From assembly GCA_044229845.1 (NCBI GenBank), contig JBGASG010000013.1, positions 31,849 through 95,848 on the forward strand: a stretch of DNA of 64,000 bases. Reading direction: 5' to 3'. The position numbers and the translations under genes were made by a program. The stretch's first letter is position 1. Each line of letters starts with the position of its first letter. Source of the stretch: Candidatus Obscuribacteraceae bacterium. GTDB taxonomy: Bacteria; Cyanobacteriota; Vampirovibrionia; Obscuribacterales; Obscuribacteraceae. The notes under the pieces are model-generated. The model saw only the letters and a program-made list of their open reading frames with translations, was not told the DNA's origin and did no database searches. This document shows, piece by piece, positions 1-8,864 of the stretch.

Positions 1-42
1 TAAGCACCGCTCAAAGCGGCTCCCATTCTAACTTGAACACCC

Positions 43-519
43 GTGAAAATAAGTCTCGACGAACTCCAGTCTCTACCGTCCGGACGGCTCGATGTCGATT
101 TTACGACCGGCATGCGCGTCCTCGGTCATGTGCAGACGCTGCTCAAGCTCAATTGCCACCGTTGTCTCAACCCGTATTTCTTGAGCCTCAACGTGGAAAT
201 CGACGAAAGGTTCGTCAGTGAGCACGTTCAGGGCTTTTCTTCGCGCAACATCCAGAAAGAACGAGAATTGTCGGCTGGCGACTTCGTTGAATACCTGCCG
301 GAGGACGACATTCTTGACATCAGCGATGTCGTTTATCAAGCTGTAACCTTGGCTACTCCCACCACTTGTCTTTGCGGAGAGGACTGTCCGGGACCGCAAT
401 TGACGCCCCAGACCAGCAGATCGGTTGTCTTAGCAGAAGATCAGAAAGTCTCTAAGAGCGAGAAACCCATTGACCCTCGATGGAGAAACTTGAAGAGTCT
501 GTTTCCAAACGACGAATAA
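43..519 (+). CDS. yceD: YceD/DUF177 family protein (23S rRNA accumulation)
   Basis: CHRCL motif, LDISDVVYQAVTLATP..LCGEDCPG, C-terminal IDPRWRNLK; directly upstream of rpmF. Confidence 0.85.
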   Translation: MKISLDELQSLPSGRLDVDFTTGMRVLGHVQTLLKLNCHRCLNPYFLSLNVEIDERFVSEHVQGFSSRNIQKERELSAGDFVEYLPEDDILDISDVVYQAVTLATPTTCLCGEDCPGPQLTPQTSRSVVLAEDQKVSKSEKPIDPRWRNLKSLFPNDE

Positions 520-592
520 TAAACAAGATCAGTCATAATTATTGACCGCGTCTGCCCCGTCGCACGGGTTTTTTGTCCGGAGAAAAAGTGTT

Positions 593-790
593 ATGGCTCA
601 GCCAAAGAAAAAGACATCGCATCAAAAGCAGGCACAACGTCGTGCCAAAAACTATCTCAAAATGGAAACTGCCAATCTGAGCGCTTGCGGTCAGTGCGGT
701 CAGCCCTGCCGTCCGCATCAAGTGTGCGCGTCGTGTGGTTATTACAGAGGTCGTCCGGCTCGCCGCCGCGATAACCTGCTGAGCGAATAA
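593..790 (+). CDS. rpmF: 50S ribosomal protein L32 (Zn-ribbon form)
   Basis: MAQPKKKTS..QRR, CGQC..RPHQVCASCGYYRGR; ATG at 593. Confidence 0.95.
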   Translation: MAQPKKKTSHQKQAQRRAKNYLKMETANLSACGQCGQPCRPHQVCASCGYYRGRPARRRDNLLSE

Positions 791-822
791 CTAACACACA
801 CGATACCGGGCGCACCTGAGGC

Positions 823-1851
823 ATGGAAAAAATTCGCATTGCCGTTGACGCCATGGGCGGTGACCACGCCCCACGCGAAGTCGTCCACGGAGCAGTGCTG
901 GCAGCAAAGGAATGGAGTGACCTCGAGGTTCTGCTCGTAGGCGCTCCGGACGCCGTCGAGGCAGAACTTGCCCGTCACGGCGCGCGCCTTGCCAATATCA
1001 AAATCGTGCCGGCATCCGAAGTTATCGGCATGGACGAAAAACCCAGCCGCGCCATTCTCAAGAAGAAAGACTCATCGATTGTCGTAGCCACCAAGCAGGT
1101 AGCGGACGGACTGGCGGACGGGATTGTGGCAGCCGGCTCCACCGGGGCGGCTGCTGTGGCGGCACAACTGGGACTGGGTCGCATCACCAATGTCGACCGG
1201 TCGGCAATCGCCTGCACAATGCCTTCGTCGGGGACCAATCCCACCATCATGCTGGACGTGGGAGCCAACGTCGACTGCACGCCATTTCAACTGCTGCAAT
1301 TCGGACTGATGGGCGTGATCGTTTGCGAAGCGCTTTTCGGCACCAAAAACCCCAAGGTGGCAATTCTCAACATCGGCACGGAAGAAACCAAAGGCAACGA
1401 GCTGGTTCAAGGTGCCTACCGGCTTTTCAAAGAAAACGATCAGCTGAACTTCACAGGCTTTATCGAAGGGCGCGACTTCCCGATGGCTAAAGCAGATGTA
1501 GTCGTCACCGACGGTTTCACAGGCAACGTCACGCTCAAGACAGCTGAGGGCATCGCCAAGATGATCGGACTGATGCTGAAACAAGAGTTGCATGCCAATG
1601 TGCGCACCAAAATTGGCGGCAAGATTGCCGAGCCGGCATTCGACGCTCTCAAGCGCCGCATTGATTACAGCGAATTCGGCGGCGCACTTTTAGTCGGGGT
1701 CAAAGGCGTGTACGTGATCGCCCATGGTGGTTCCACCCACACGGCAATCAAAAACGCAATTCGCACTGCGCGCGAAATGGTGGTACACAAAATGGTGGAG
1801 CGAATCGAAGCGTCGCTATCCAAAGTAGCGGCCGGTTCGACCGCCAAATGA
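823..1851 (+). CDS. plsX: Phosphate acyltransferase PlsX
   Basis: IAVDAMGGDHAP, LDVGANVD, VVTDGFTGNV.LKTAEG, GGALLVGV..IAHGGS. Confidence 0.97.
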   Translation: MEKIRIAVDAMGGDHAPREVVHGAVLAAKEWSDLEVLLVGAPDAVEAELARHGARLANIKIVPASEVIGMDEKPSRAILKKKDSSIVVATKQVADGLADGIVAAGSTGAAAVAAQLGLGRITNVDRSAIACTMPSSGTNPTIMLDVGANVDCTPFQLLQFGLMGVIVCEALFGTKNPKVAILNIGTEETKGNELVQGAYRLFKENDQLNFTGFIEGRDFPMAKADVVVTDGFTGNVTLKTAEGIAKMIGLMLKQELHANVRTKIGGKIAEPAFDALKRRIDYSEFGGALLVGVKGVYVIAHGGSTHTAIKNAIRTAREMVVHKMVERIEASLSKVAAGSTAK

Positions 1852-2906
1852 AGCTGCCGATCGGGGCGAAGATTACCGGAGTGGGAGCGGCTGTTCCTGC
1901 CCATATCGTCACCAATGCCGATCTGGAAACTCTGGTCGACACATCGGACGAGTGGATCAAAACGCGCACCGGCATCGCCCAAAGGCGCGTGGTGGCACAG
2001 GACGAAACCACGACGGGGCTGGCAATTGAAGCGGCTCGCGACGCGCTGGGATTTGCCGGGGTCGACCCGTTGCAACTGGACCTGATCATTGTCGCCACAT
2101 CAACACCGGACAATCTTTATCCATCTACTGCCTGCATGGTGCAGGGAGCCATCGGTGCATCGAATGCCGCCGCTTTCGACCTGGAAGCCGCCTGCACGGG
2201 CATCGTTTATGCCCTGGCCGTCGGGCAGCAATTTATTGGTTCAGGCACCTTCAAAACAGTGCTGGTGATTGGCGTCGACATTCACTCGCGTTTCCTCAAC
2301 TGGGAGGATCGCAATACGTGCATCTTGTTCGGCGACGGGGGTGGAGCGTTTCTTCTGCAGGCATCGGAAGACGAAAACGACATGCTCTCGACCTATCTGC
2401 GCGCCGACGGCACCGGGTCACACCTGCTCTTCATCCCCAACACGGGTGCCGGCTATCCGCATCAGGACGGCACTCAGCCCAAAGCCGCCCACCGGTATCT
2501 GCAAATGAACGGCCGCGCCATCTACGAGTTTGCCGTCAACGCAGTACCGGAAGCGGTGCGTGCTTGCTGCGCCAAGGCCGGCATTCGAGTTGAAGACATC
2601 GACTTTCTGGTGCCTCACCAGGCCAACCATCGCATCATTAAAGCGGCGGCTGACCGGCTGGGGCTGCGCAACGAACAGGTAATCAGTAATCTGGATCAAT
2701 TCGGAAACACATCGGCTGCCTCAATTCCCCTGGCGTTTGCCGACGCCGTCATGCGCAACTCCATACAACCGCCGGCGCTCTGCGCGCTGGTCGGCTTTGG
2801 GGGCGGGTTGACCTGGGGCTGTTCCATCGTGCGCTGGACAGCCGAAGACAAACGCGGCGTTCGACAGAGCTTGCTCAAAGAAGAAATCAAAGAGACAACA
2901 CCATAG
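1848..2906 (+). CDS. fabH: 3-oxoacyl-ACP synthase III
   Basis: DTSDEWIKTRTGI, AACTG (catalytic Cys), LFGDG, PHQAN, GNTSAASIP, GFGGGLTWG. Confidence 0.97.
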   Translation: MKLPIGAKITGVGAAVPAHIVTNADLETLVDTSDEWIKTRTGIAQRRVVAQDETTTGLAIEAARDALGFAGVDPLQLDLIIVATSTPDNLYPSTACMVQGAIGASNAAAFDLEAACTGIVYALAVGQQFIGSGTFKTVLVIGVDIHSRFLNWEDRNTCILFGDGGGAFLLQASEDENDMLSTYLRADGTGSHLLFIPNTGAGYPHQDGTQPKAAHRYLQMNGRAIYEFAVNAVPEAVRACCAKAGIRVEDIDFLVPHQANHRIIKAAADRLGLRNEQVISNLDQFGNTSAASIPLAFADAVMRNSIQPPALCALVGFGGGLTWGCSIVRWTAEDKRGVRQSLLKEEIKETTP

Positions 2907-2914
2907 GTGATATC

Positions 2915-3871
2915 ATGGCAAAACTCGCATGTCTATTTCCCGGTCAAGGTTCGCAATCCGTTGGCATGGGCAAAGACTTCTTTGATAATAGCGCAGAAGC
3001 CCGCCAGACCTTCGAAGAGATCGACGGCATTGCCGGAAGGTCGCTGTCCAGCCTCTGTTTCGAAGGACCAGAAGACGAGTTGAAACGCACCATCAACACG
3101 CAGCCGACGATTCTCGCCGTATCGCTGGCCGCCTGGCGCGCCTGGGAGGCGGCTGGTGGCCCTCAACCCGTTTATACCGCTGGCCATTCGCTCGGCGAAT
3201 TCACCGCACTGGTGGCCGCCGGGGCACTGTCGGTGGAGGCAGCCGTGAAGCTGGTCGATAAGCGCTCGCGCTTGATGGAGACCTGTCCGCGCGGCGCCAT
3301 GAGCGCAGTCATCGGTATCGCAGCCGAAGATCTTTCGCGCTTTTGCAGTGAAGCTTGTGATGAAACCACTTCCATGAACAGCCTGCCGGTCTGCATCGTC
3401 GCCAACTACAACACTCGCGAGCAACTGGTAATCTCGGGCTCGCCGGAAGCGGTCTCGGTGACGGGCGAAAAGGCTAAGAAAGCCGGTGCACGCGTAGTGC
3501 CGCTGCCGGTCGGCGGTGCCTTTCATTCACCACTGATGGAGGCAGCCGCTGTCGAATTCGAGTCAGAACTGGAGAACTATCAACTTAGCGACGCCAGATT
3601 CGATGTCGTGCAAAACTTCGACGGTAAGCCGTCCAGACAGTCCAAAGAACTGCAAGAGAAACTTTCACAACAGATGCCCAATGCAGTGCGCTGGGTCGAC
3701 ACGATAGAATTCATGCTCGCGCAGGGCGTCGACACATTTGTAGAGATCGGTCCCGGCAAAGCACTGGCCGGCATGGTCAAGAAAATCGATCGCAAGGCGA
3801 CCGTCCACAACGTCTACGATCCGGCAACACTTTCAGAAACGCTGACCGCACTGCAGTCAGTGCCCGCCTGA
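2915..3871 (+). CDS. fabD: Malonyl-CoA:ACP transacylase
   Basis: FPGQGSQ, TQP, GHSLGE (catalytic Ser), AFHSPLM, EIGPG. Confidence 0.97.
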   Translation: MAKLACLFPGQGSQSVGMGKDFFDNSAEARQTFEEIDGIAGRSLSSLCFEGPEDELKRTINTQPTILAVSLAAWRAWEAAGGPQPVYTAGHSLGEFTALVAAGALSVEAAVKLVDKRSRLMETCPRGAMSAVIGIAAEDLSRFCSEACDETTSMNSLPVCIVANYNTREQLVISGSPEAVSVTGEKAKKAGARVVPLPVGGAFHSPLMEAAAVEFESELENYQLSDARFDVVQNFDGKPSRQSKELQEKLSQQMPNAVRWVDTIEFMLAQGVDTFVEIGPGKALAGMVKKIDRKATVHNVYDPATLSETLTALQSVPA

Positions 3872-5875
3872 ACGGCCTCGATTCGCCGATGGCGGTTGTT
3901 TCATTTGACGATAGGCGGTCGCCAGAGCAGCCTCGGCTTGACTGATCTGGTCGGCATTGCCGGTTTCGCTCAGCTTCAAGATCCTGATGCCTTCTACGTA
4001 GTCGGGCACTGAGAGGTCAGGTCGTCCGCGCCTTTGATTCAGACCCGCAATGTGAATCAGCAATCGCCCGCGCTCTTCCTCTCCTTTCTTATGCTGGATC
4101 AGATCATCGGCCGCGCGGCGCATGTATCGCGATCCTTCCTCGGCTTCTCCCTCTGCGAAAAGGCGCTCTCCGTATTCGCGATAGACCTCAAACATGTTGA
4201 GGGCGGGCGAATCACCGGTGTCGAGGTCGATTATCTCCTTCAAAAGTTTCAGGCGCGCAGGAGCGTTGGCAAGTTTCTCGTAAAGCTCCCGCCGTGCCTT
4301 GATTCGTTCATCGTTAACGGTCCGCGTCACCGCTTGATTCTCTGTCCGTATGTCTCGAAACACCGCATCATAGAAGGCGACTCTGTCGGCTGGGCTTTTC
4401 CGGTTGGAAAACAACTTATCCACAGACTTGCAATACCACTCGAAATCTTCGCGCGACTCGACTGTATTCCCCACATGAGACTCCGCAATCAGAGCCTCCT
4501 TGAAGTCGCGAACGGCTATTCGATATAGTTCGTCTCGGCGCCGCTCATAGTAAGGTTGCACGCTCAGCGAGCAATACAGCCAGGCACTGTTAGACATAAA
4601 CCAGGCATAGACGCCCTCGCCCAGCAAACCCCTCTGTTTCTGCAGCCGGTGAACGCGCTCCTCCAACTGCTCGGGCGTGACGGGATTGAGACCGTAGAGA
4701 ACCGCCTGTAAATACAAGTCGGCAATCAATTTTTCCTTCTCGTCGGCCGGAAAGTGGTGGGTGGCTTCCACCGCCTCTCTGGCAAACCGCAGCGACTCAG
4801 ACTGCTTGCCCAGTCTCGTTCTCCAGTGAACTTCCTTCAGTGCAGCCCGATACTGCTGACGATACCGCGTCTCCTCCTCCAGCTGCAGGTCGTGCTGTGA
4901 AGTTTGATAGGCTCCGGCGCACAGCGCGATGCCAATCACAATCAAGGTCAGCACCAAAAGAAAACCTCTCAAACGCTTGTTCGAGATTCGGCGCCGCACT
5001 GTATATGGTGCAGCACCGGTAAGTGCTTGAGTCATACCATCGGCGGTGGCAAATCTGGCGTCCGGTTGGGCGCTCAGTGCCTGCAGTATTACGCCCTTCG
5101 TGCGCGCCGAGATGCCGGAGGGTAGCGGACGTGGCTCAGCCTGCCAGCGGGCCTGCAGGTCCGCCAGATTGCCTGAACCATCCCAGGGCAAGCACCCGGA
5201 CAGCGCCTCGTAAAAGCATACGCCCACTGCGAAAAGATCAGCCCGCCCATCCAGTGGCCGCCCGGTCAACTGCTCCGGACTCATGTAGTCAGGCGTGCCG
5301 ACGATGGCGCCGGACTGCGTCAATTTCTGCCCAGCTTCCGCATCCAGCGATTTAGCAATGCCGAAATCGATCAACTTCACTGCACCGTCGGCGGTGATCA
5401 GTATGTTGGCCGGCGTGATGTCGCGATGGATCAGACCACGCTCGTGAACCAGCGCCAGCGCGCTGAGAACCTGGTTGAATATCGAGATCGCCTCTTGCTC
5501 CGGAAGAGTCCGCTGCTCAGCGAGCAACTTTTTCAGACTGCTTCCGTCGACAAATTCGCTGACGATATAGAGTCGCCCATCCGACGAGAGCACTACCTGA
5601 TAGATCGCGCAGATGTTGTCGTGGCGGACCTCGCTAAGCGCTTTGGCCTCGCGTCGCAAACGCTGTACGGCTGAGCGATCCTGAACTTTGTGCTCGTGCA
5701 GAAGCTTGATCGCCACCATACGCTCGAGCTGGAGATCTCGCGCTTTAAACACACGTCCCATGCCGCCAACTCCCAGAAGATGAAGAAGTTGGTAGCGTCC
5801 GTCGATTAACTCGGCTACATCTGGAGATACACAAATGTCGTCGTCGGCTGTCGGCGCCGGCTGCTCTCCAGACAC
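3857..5875 (-). CDS. Membrane Ser/Thr protein kinase with C-terminal helical/TPR-like region
   Basis: LGVGGMGRV, VAIK, HRDITPANIL, DFGIA, GTPDYMSPEQ; TM segment FLLVLTLIVIGIALCAGA. Confidence 0.9.
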   Translation of the reverse strand: MSGEQPAPTADDDICVSPDVAELIDGRYQLLHLLGVGGMGRVFKARDLQLERMVAIKLLHEHKVQDRSAVQRLRREAKALSEVRHDNICAIYQVVLSSDGRLYIVSEFVDGSSLKKLLAEQRTLPEQEAISIFNQVLSALALVHERGLIHRDITPANILITADGAVKLIDFGIAKSLDAEAGQKLTQSGAIVGTPDYMSPEQLTGRPLDGRADLFAVGVCFYEALSGCLPWDGSGNLADLQARWQAEPRPLPSGISARTKGVILQALSAQPDARFATADGMTQALTGAAPYTVRRRISNKRLRGFLLVLTLIVIGIALCAGAYQTSQHDLQLEEETRYRQQYRAALKEVHWRTRLGKQSESLRFAREAVEATHHFPADEKEKLIADLYLQAVLYGLNPVTPEQLEERVHRLQKQRGLLGEGVYAWFMSNSAWLYCSLSVQPYYERRRDELYRIAVRDFKEALIAESHVGNTVESREDFEWYCKSVDKLFSNRKSPADRVAFYDAVFRDIRTENQAVTRTVNDERIKARRELYEKLANAPARLKLLKEIIDLDTGDSPALNMFEVYREYGERLFAEGEAEEGSRYMRRAADDLIQHKKGEEERGRLLIHIAGLNQRRGRPDLSVPDYVEGIRILKLSETGNADQISQAEAALATAYRQMKQPPSANRGRSGGH

Positions 5876-5882
5876 GGTCAGA

Positions 5883-6458
5883 CTAGCCTTCGCGGGCGCG
5901 GCGTTTAGCCAGCTGAATTTGACGCTCGGCTTCCCGAGGATCTGAGAGCATGATGAGTTGCAACTTAGTTTTGGCTGTCGTCACTTCCACACCATTGCCT
6001 GTCGCACGGGTGGTCACGATGTCGGTGAGCGGCACAGCCGTATCGATCGGATCGCGGCGCCTGGTCCAGGCGTAGGAGACACCGAGCAGACGCTTATTGG
6101 TGACCACATAGACCTGCTTGCGGTCGAACAAAAAGACAATGATGAGTCCGGTCACAGTCAGGATCGCAAACAGAATCAGTTCGCCTTTTCCAGCGCTGTG
6201 GAACGCCATGGTGCCCAGGCAGAGCACGGCAAAGAAGATGGCGAAATAGAATTTAGCCCGCTCCAGTGGACGTTCCAGCCAACGCACCACTTCGTTTTCC
6301 TGCAAGCTCTGCCTGATCGCTTGGCGACCGAGACGGGGCAAGGCATCGAACTGCCTGGCGCCGACCGTGAACTCGGCGACTTTCACCTCTTCTACGGAGC
6401 CATCGGGGAGGCGCACCAGCCCCGGGCTCCAGTCGTTCTCAAAGCTCATTGCAACCAT
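5883..6458 (-). CDS. Hypothetical membrane protein (two TM helices, C-terminal bacterial PH-like segment)
   Basis: Two hydrophobic stretches followed by YVVTNKRLL; start uncertain (6449/6458). Confidence 0.6.
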   Translation of the reverse strand: MVAMSFENDWSPGLVRLPDGSVEEVKVAEFTVGARQFDALPRLGRQAIRQSLQENEVVRWLERPLERAKFYFAIFFAVLCLGTMAFHSAGKGELILFAILTVTGLIIVFLFDRKQVYVVTNKRLLGVSYAWTRRRDPIDTAVPLTDIVTTRATGNGVEVTTAKTKLQLIMLSDPREAERQIQLAKRRAREG

Positions 6459-6635
6459 CCACTTTCTTCTGAAATTATCACTTCGTGCGATTCTAACGGA
6501 AATGTAAGGCTTCACGTTAGGCGTATGTCAAAAATGGGACCTTTGAAAAGTGTATGCGATAATACACTTTACTCAGATTCTGGCCTGGTTCTCAACCCGT
6601 GTTGAAGATGCCTCTGGTCGAAAGGGTTGATTATC

Positions 6636-6923
6636 ATGAACAATAAGCTTTTCGTGGGCAACTTGGCCTATTCAGTTACTGAAGACGAACTTCAGCAACT
6701 GTTTGGCGAGTTCGGCGAAGTAACCTCGGCCGTAGTGCCGAAGGATAGAGAAACTGGTCGCCCGCGCGGATTTGCGTTCGTTGAAATGCAGACCCAAGCT
6801 GCTGCCGAAGCCGCTATCAAAGGTCTCGACGGCCGCGAAATGTCTGGACGCCAGATCAAGGTCAGCCCATCCCAACCAAAACCGCGCACCGGCGGCGGTG
6901 GCGGCGGACGTTATCGCTATTAA
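6636..6923 (+). CDS. rbp: RRM RNA-binding protein with Gly-rich tail (cyanobacterial Rbp type)
   Basis: RNP2 LFVGNL, RNP1 RGFAFVEM, DRETGRP, C-terminal GGGGGGRYRY. Confidence 0.93.
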   Translation: MNNKLFVGNLAYSVTEDELQQLFGEFGEVTSAVVPKDRETGRPRGFAFVEMQTQAAAEAAIKGLDGREMSGRQIKVSPSQPKPRTGGGGGGRYRY

Positions 6924-6940
6924 GCAAAGGCTAGGCACCC

Positions 6941-7774
6941 GTGATTGAATTCGTAGTCGCATTTTTGCTCTTCTACATGTGGCACGGCATGGGCATCACA
7001 ATCGGATACCATCGACTGTTAGCCCACCGCTCCTTCCAGTGCACGAAGGCGTTCGAATACTTCTTCATCCTCGGTGGCTACTTCGCCTACCAGGGATCGC
7101 CCATCTGGTGGAGCGCGATTCACCGCGCCCATCACAAGTATTCCGACACCGACCTCGATCCGCATTCACCGCGCAAGGGCCTGTACTGGGCGCTGCTCGG
7201 TTGGATGCTGGAAGGCAAATATCCCGATCACGTCAACGGTCAGTTGCACTGCAAAGATTTGATCACCGATCCGATCTACCGTTTCGTTGAATGCGGCGGC
7301 AGCTTGAAGAAAGCCACGTTACTCAACTTCGTGATCAACTGCGTTTACAGAGGTTTGCTCTGGGCCATCTTCGGATGGAAGATTGCGCTGGCCAGCCTGC
7401 TGGCTTCGGTCATGGTCTTCACGATTCCGCAAATGTTGAACGTGGTCTGTCACATTCCGAAGTTCGGATATCAAAACTTCACCACCAAAGAAGACAGCAG
7501 GAACGTCTGGTGGGTCGGACTGTTGGGCATGGGCGAAGGCTGGCACAACAACCACCACGCCTATCCTGGTTCGGCTCAAACAGGCATTCGCCCGCACGAG
7601 CTGGACGTCAGCTGGCAGACGATTCGCCTCGGCAAATTCTTCGGCTGGGTGAAGAGCGTCAACACCCCCAAAGATGTTCAGCGCAAGCTGGCTCAGCGGG
7701 ATGGTGCTCGAGTGCGTTTGGCTAACTTCCGCCGCATTCGTCGCCTGCGTCAACGCTCGGCTTCTGCAGCCTAG
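6941..7774 (+). CDS. Delta-9 fatty acid (acyl-lipid/acyl-CoA) desaturase, DesC/Ole1-like
   Basis: His boxes GYHRLLAHRSF, HRAHH, GEGWHNNHHA; DPHSP. Confidence 0.93.
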   Translation: MIEFVVAFLLFYMWHGMGITIGYHRLLAHRSFQCTKAFEYFFILGGYFAYQGSPIWWSAIHRAHHKYSDTDLDPHSPRKGLYWALLGWMLEGKYPDHVNGQLHCKDLITDPIYRFVECGGSLKKATLLNFVINCVYRGLLWAIFGWKIALASLLASVMVFTIPQMLNVVCHIPKFGYQNFTTKEDSRNVWWVGLLGMGEGWHNNHHAYPGSAQTGIRPHELDVSWQTIRLGKFFGWVKSVNTPKDVQRKLAQRDGARVRLANFRRIRRLRQRSASAA

Positions 7775-7798
7775 TCCAAACCAGACGAACAAACTATC

Positions 7799-7835
7799 AG
7801 GGGTGCAGCCACAAGCTGCACCCCTTCTTTCTTTC
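7799..7835 (+). terminator. Intrinsic terminator after the desaturase
   Basis: AGGGGTGCAGC-CACAA-GCTGCACCCCT stem followed by TCTTTCTTT. Confidence 0.75.
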
Positions 7836-7888
7836 TCGCTGTTGTCCGATCTGTCTGAGTTCTGACTTTCCTGACTGATCCTGATCGA

Positions 7889-8569
7889 TCAGGCAATCTT
7901 GCGTTCGCGTTCGACGTAAGGATTGATCAAGCCCTGCACCTTGTTGCGAGCGCGGGCGATGCGAGACTTGACTGTGCCCAGTTCGGTTCTGGTCAAAGTA
8001 GCGATCTCTTCATAGGACATTTGCTCGACTTCGCGCAGAACAATCGCTTCGCGGAAGTGCTCGGGGAGCTGATTCATCGCGTCCTGCACCACGGTCTCCA
8101 GTTCTTTGCGCTCGGCGATCTCAGCAGGACCGGCGGCACTGTCGGCGATATCACGGGTGGCGCCTTCTTCCTGCTCGTCGTTGCCCAGAGGCTCGTCCAT
8201 GGACACCAGACGCAGCTGGCGCGGTCTCTTTCTCAGTTCATCGTAGAAAAGATTTTTGGCAATTTGATTGAGCCATGTCTTAAAGGCGCGCGGGTTTTTC
8301 AAAGACTTGATGTTGCGCCACATGCGGATGAAGACTTCCTGGGTCAAGTCAGCCTGGTTATCCCAATCGGGAGCCATTTTATAGACGAGACCGGTGATCA
8401 ACCGCTGGTGTCTTTTGATCAAAATATCGAAGGCGCGTTGATTGCCTTGCTGGCATAGAAGAATCAGTTCGACATCGTCGAGATCCTTCATCGATTGCCC
8501 AGCCGGAACCAGGCGCAGCTTCGGTCTTGCCGACGAGGATGATGCTGATGATTGCTCTTGCGAAAACAT
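7889..8569 (-). CDS. ECF sigma-70 factor (RpoE/SigG-like)
   Basis: Region 2 DLTQEVFIRMW..FKTWLNQIAKN; region 4 LPEHFREAIVLRE..MSYEEIA..LGTVKSRIARAR. Confidence 0.92.
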   Translation of the reverse strand: MFSQEQSSASSSSARPKLRLVPAGQSMKDLDDVELILLCQQGNQRAFDILIKRHQRLITGLVYKMAPDWDNQADLTQEVFIRMWRNIKSLKNPRAFKTWLNQIAKNLFYDELRKRPRQLRLVSMDEPLGNDEQEEGATRDIADSAAGPAEIAERKELETVVQDAMNQLPEHFREAIVLREVEQMSYEEIATLTRTELGTVKSRIARARNKVQGLINPYVERERKIA

Positions 8570-8864
8570 GGCTTTGGATTCCTTTTTGTATTTCTCTTGT
8601 TGGTATCAACGGGGTTGCTTGGTCCGTACACTTACATTTTGACCATTTCGCAAAACTTCCCCAGCCATGCAAACCTGTATGCCGGTATAGGAAAACTCTA
8701 TAAATGCCACCCCTGTGAGCATTTATAGCCTCAAAAACCGTTAGATATCACCCGATCGGGTGATTGCACCTACCCTCTCGGGGTGTTGCTAAATCGCTGA
8801 TCAAGCCGGCAATCAGATGATTAACGGCTGCAAATTGGCAACTGTTGAGTTACTCCTATGCGGC

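Noticed and set aside
7845..7895. Degenerate CTGA-rich repeats after the sigma factor stop (similar at 26172-26195)
   Set aside because: Too short and irregular to define a repeat unit.
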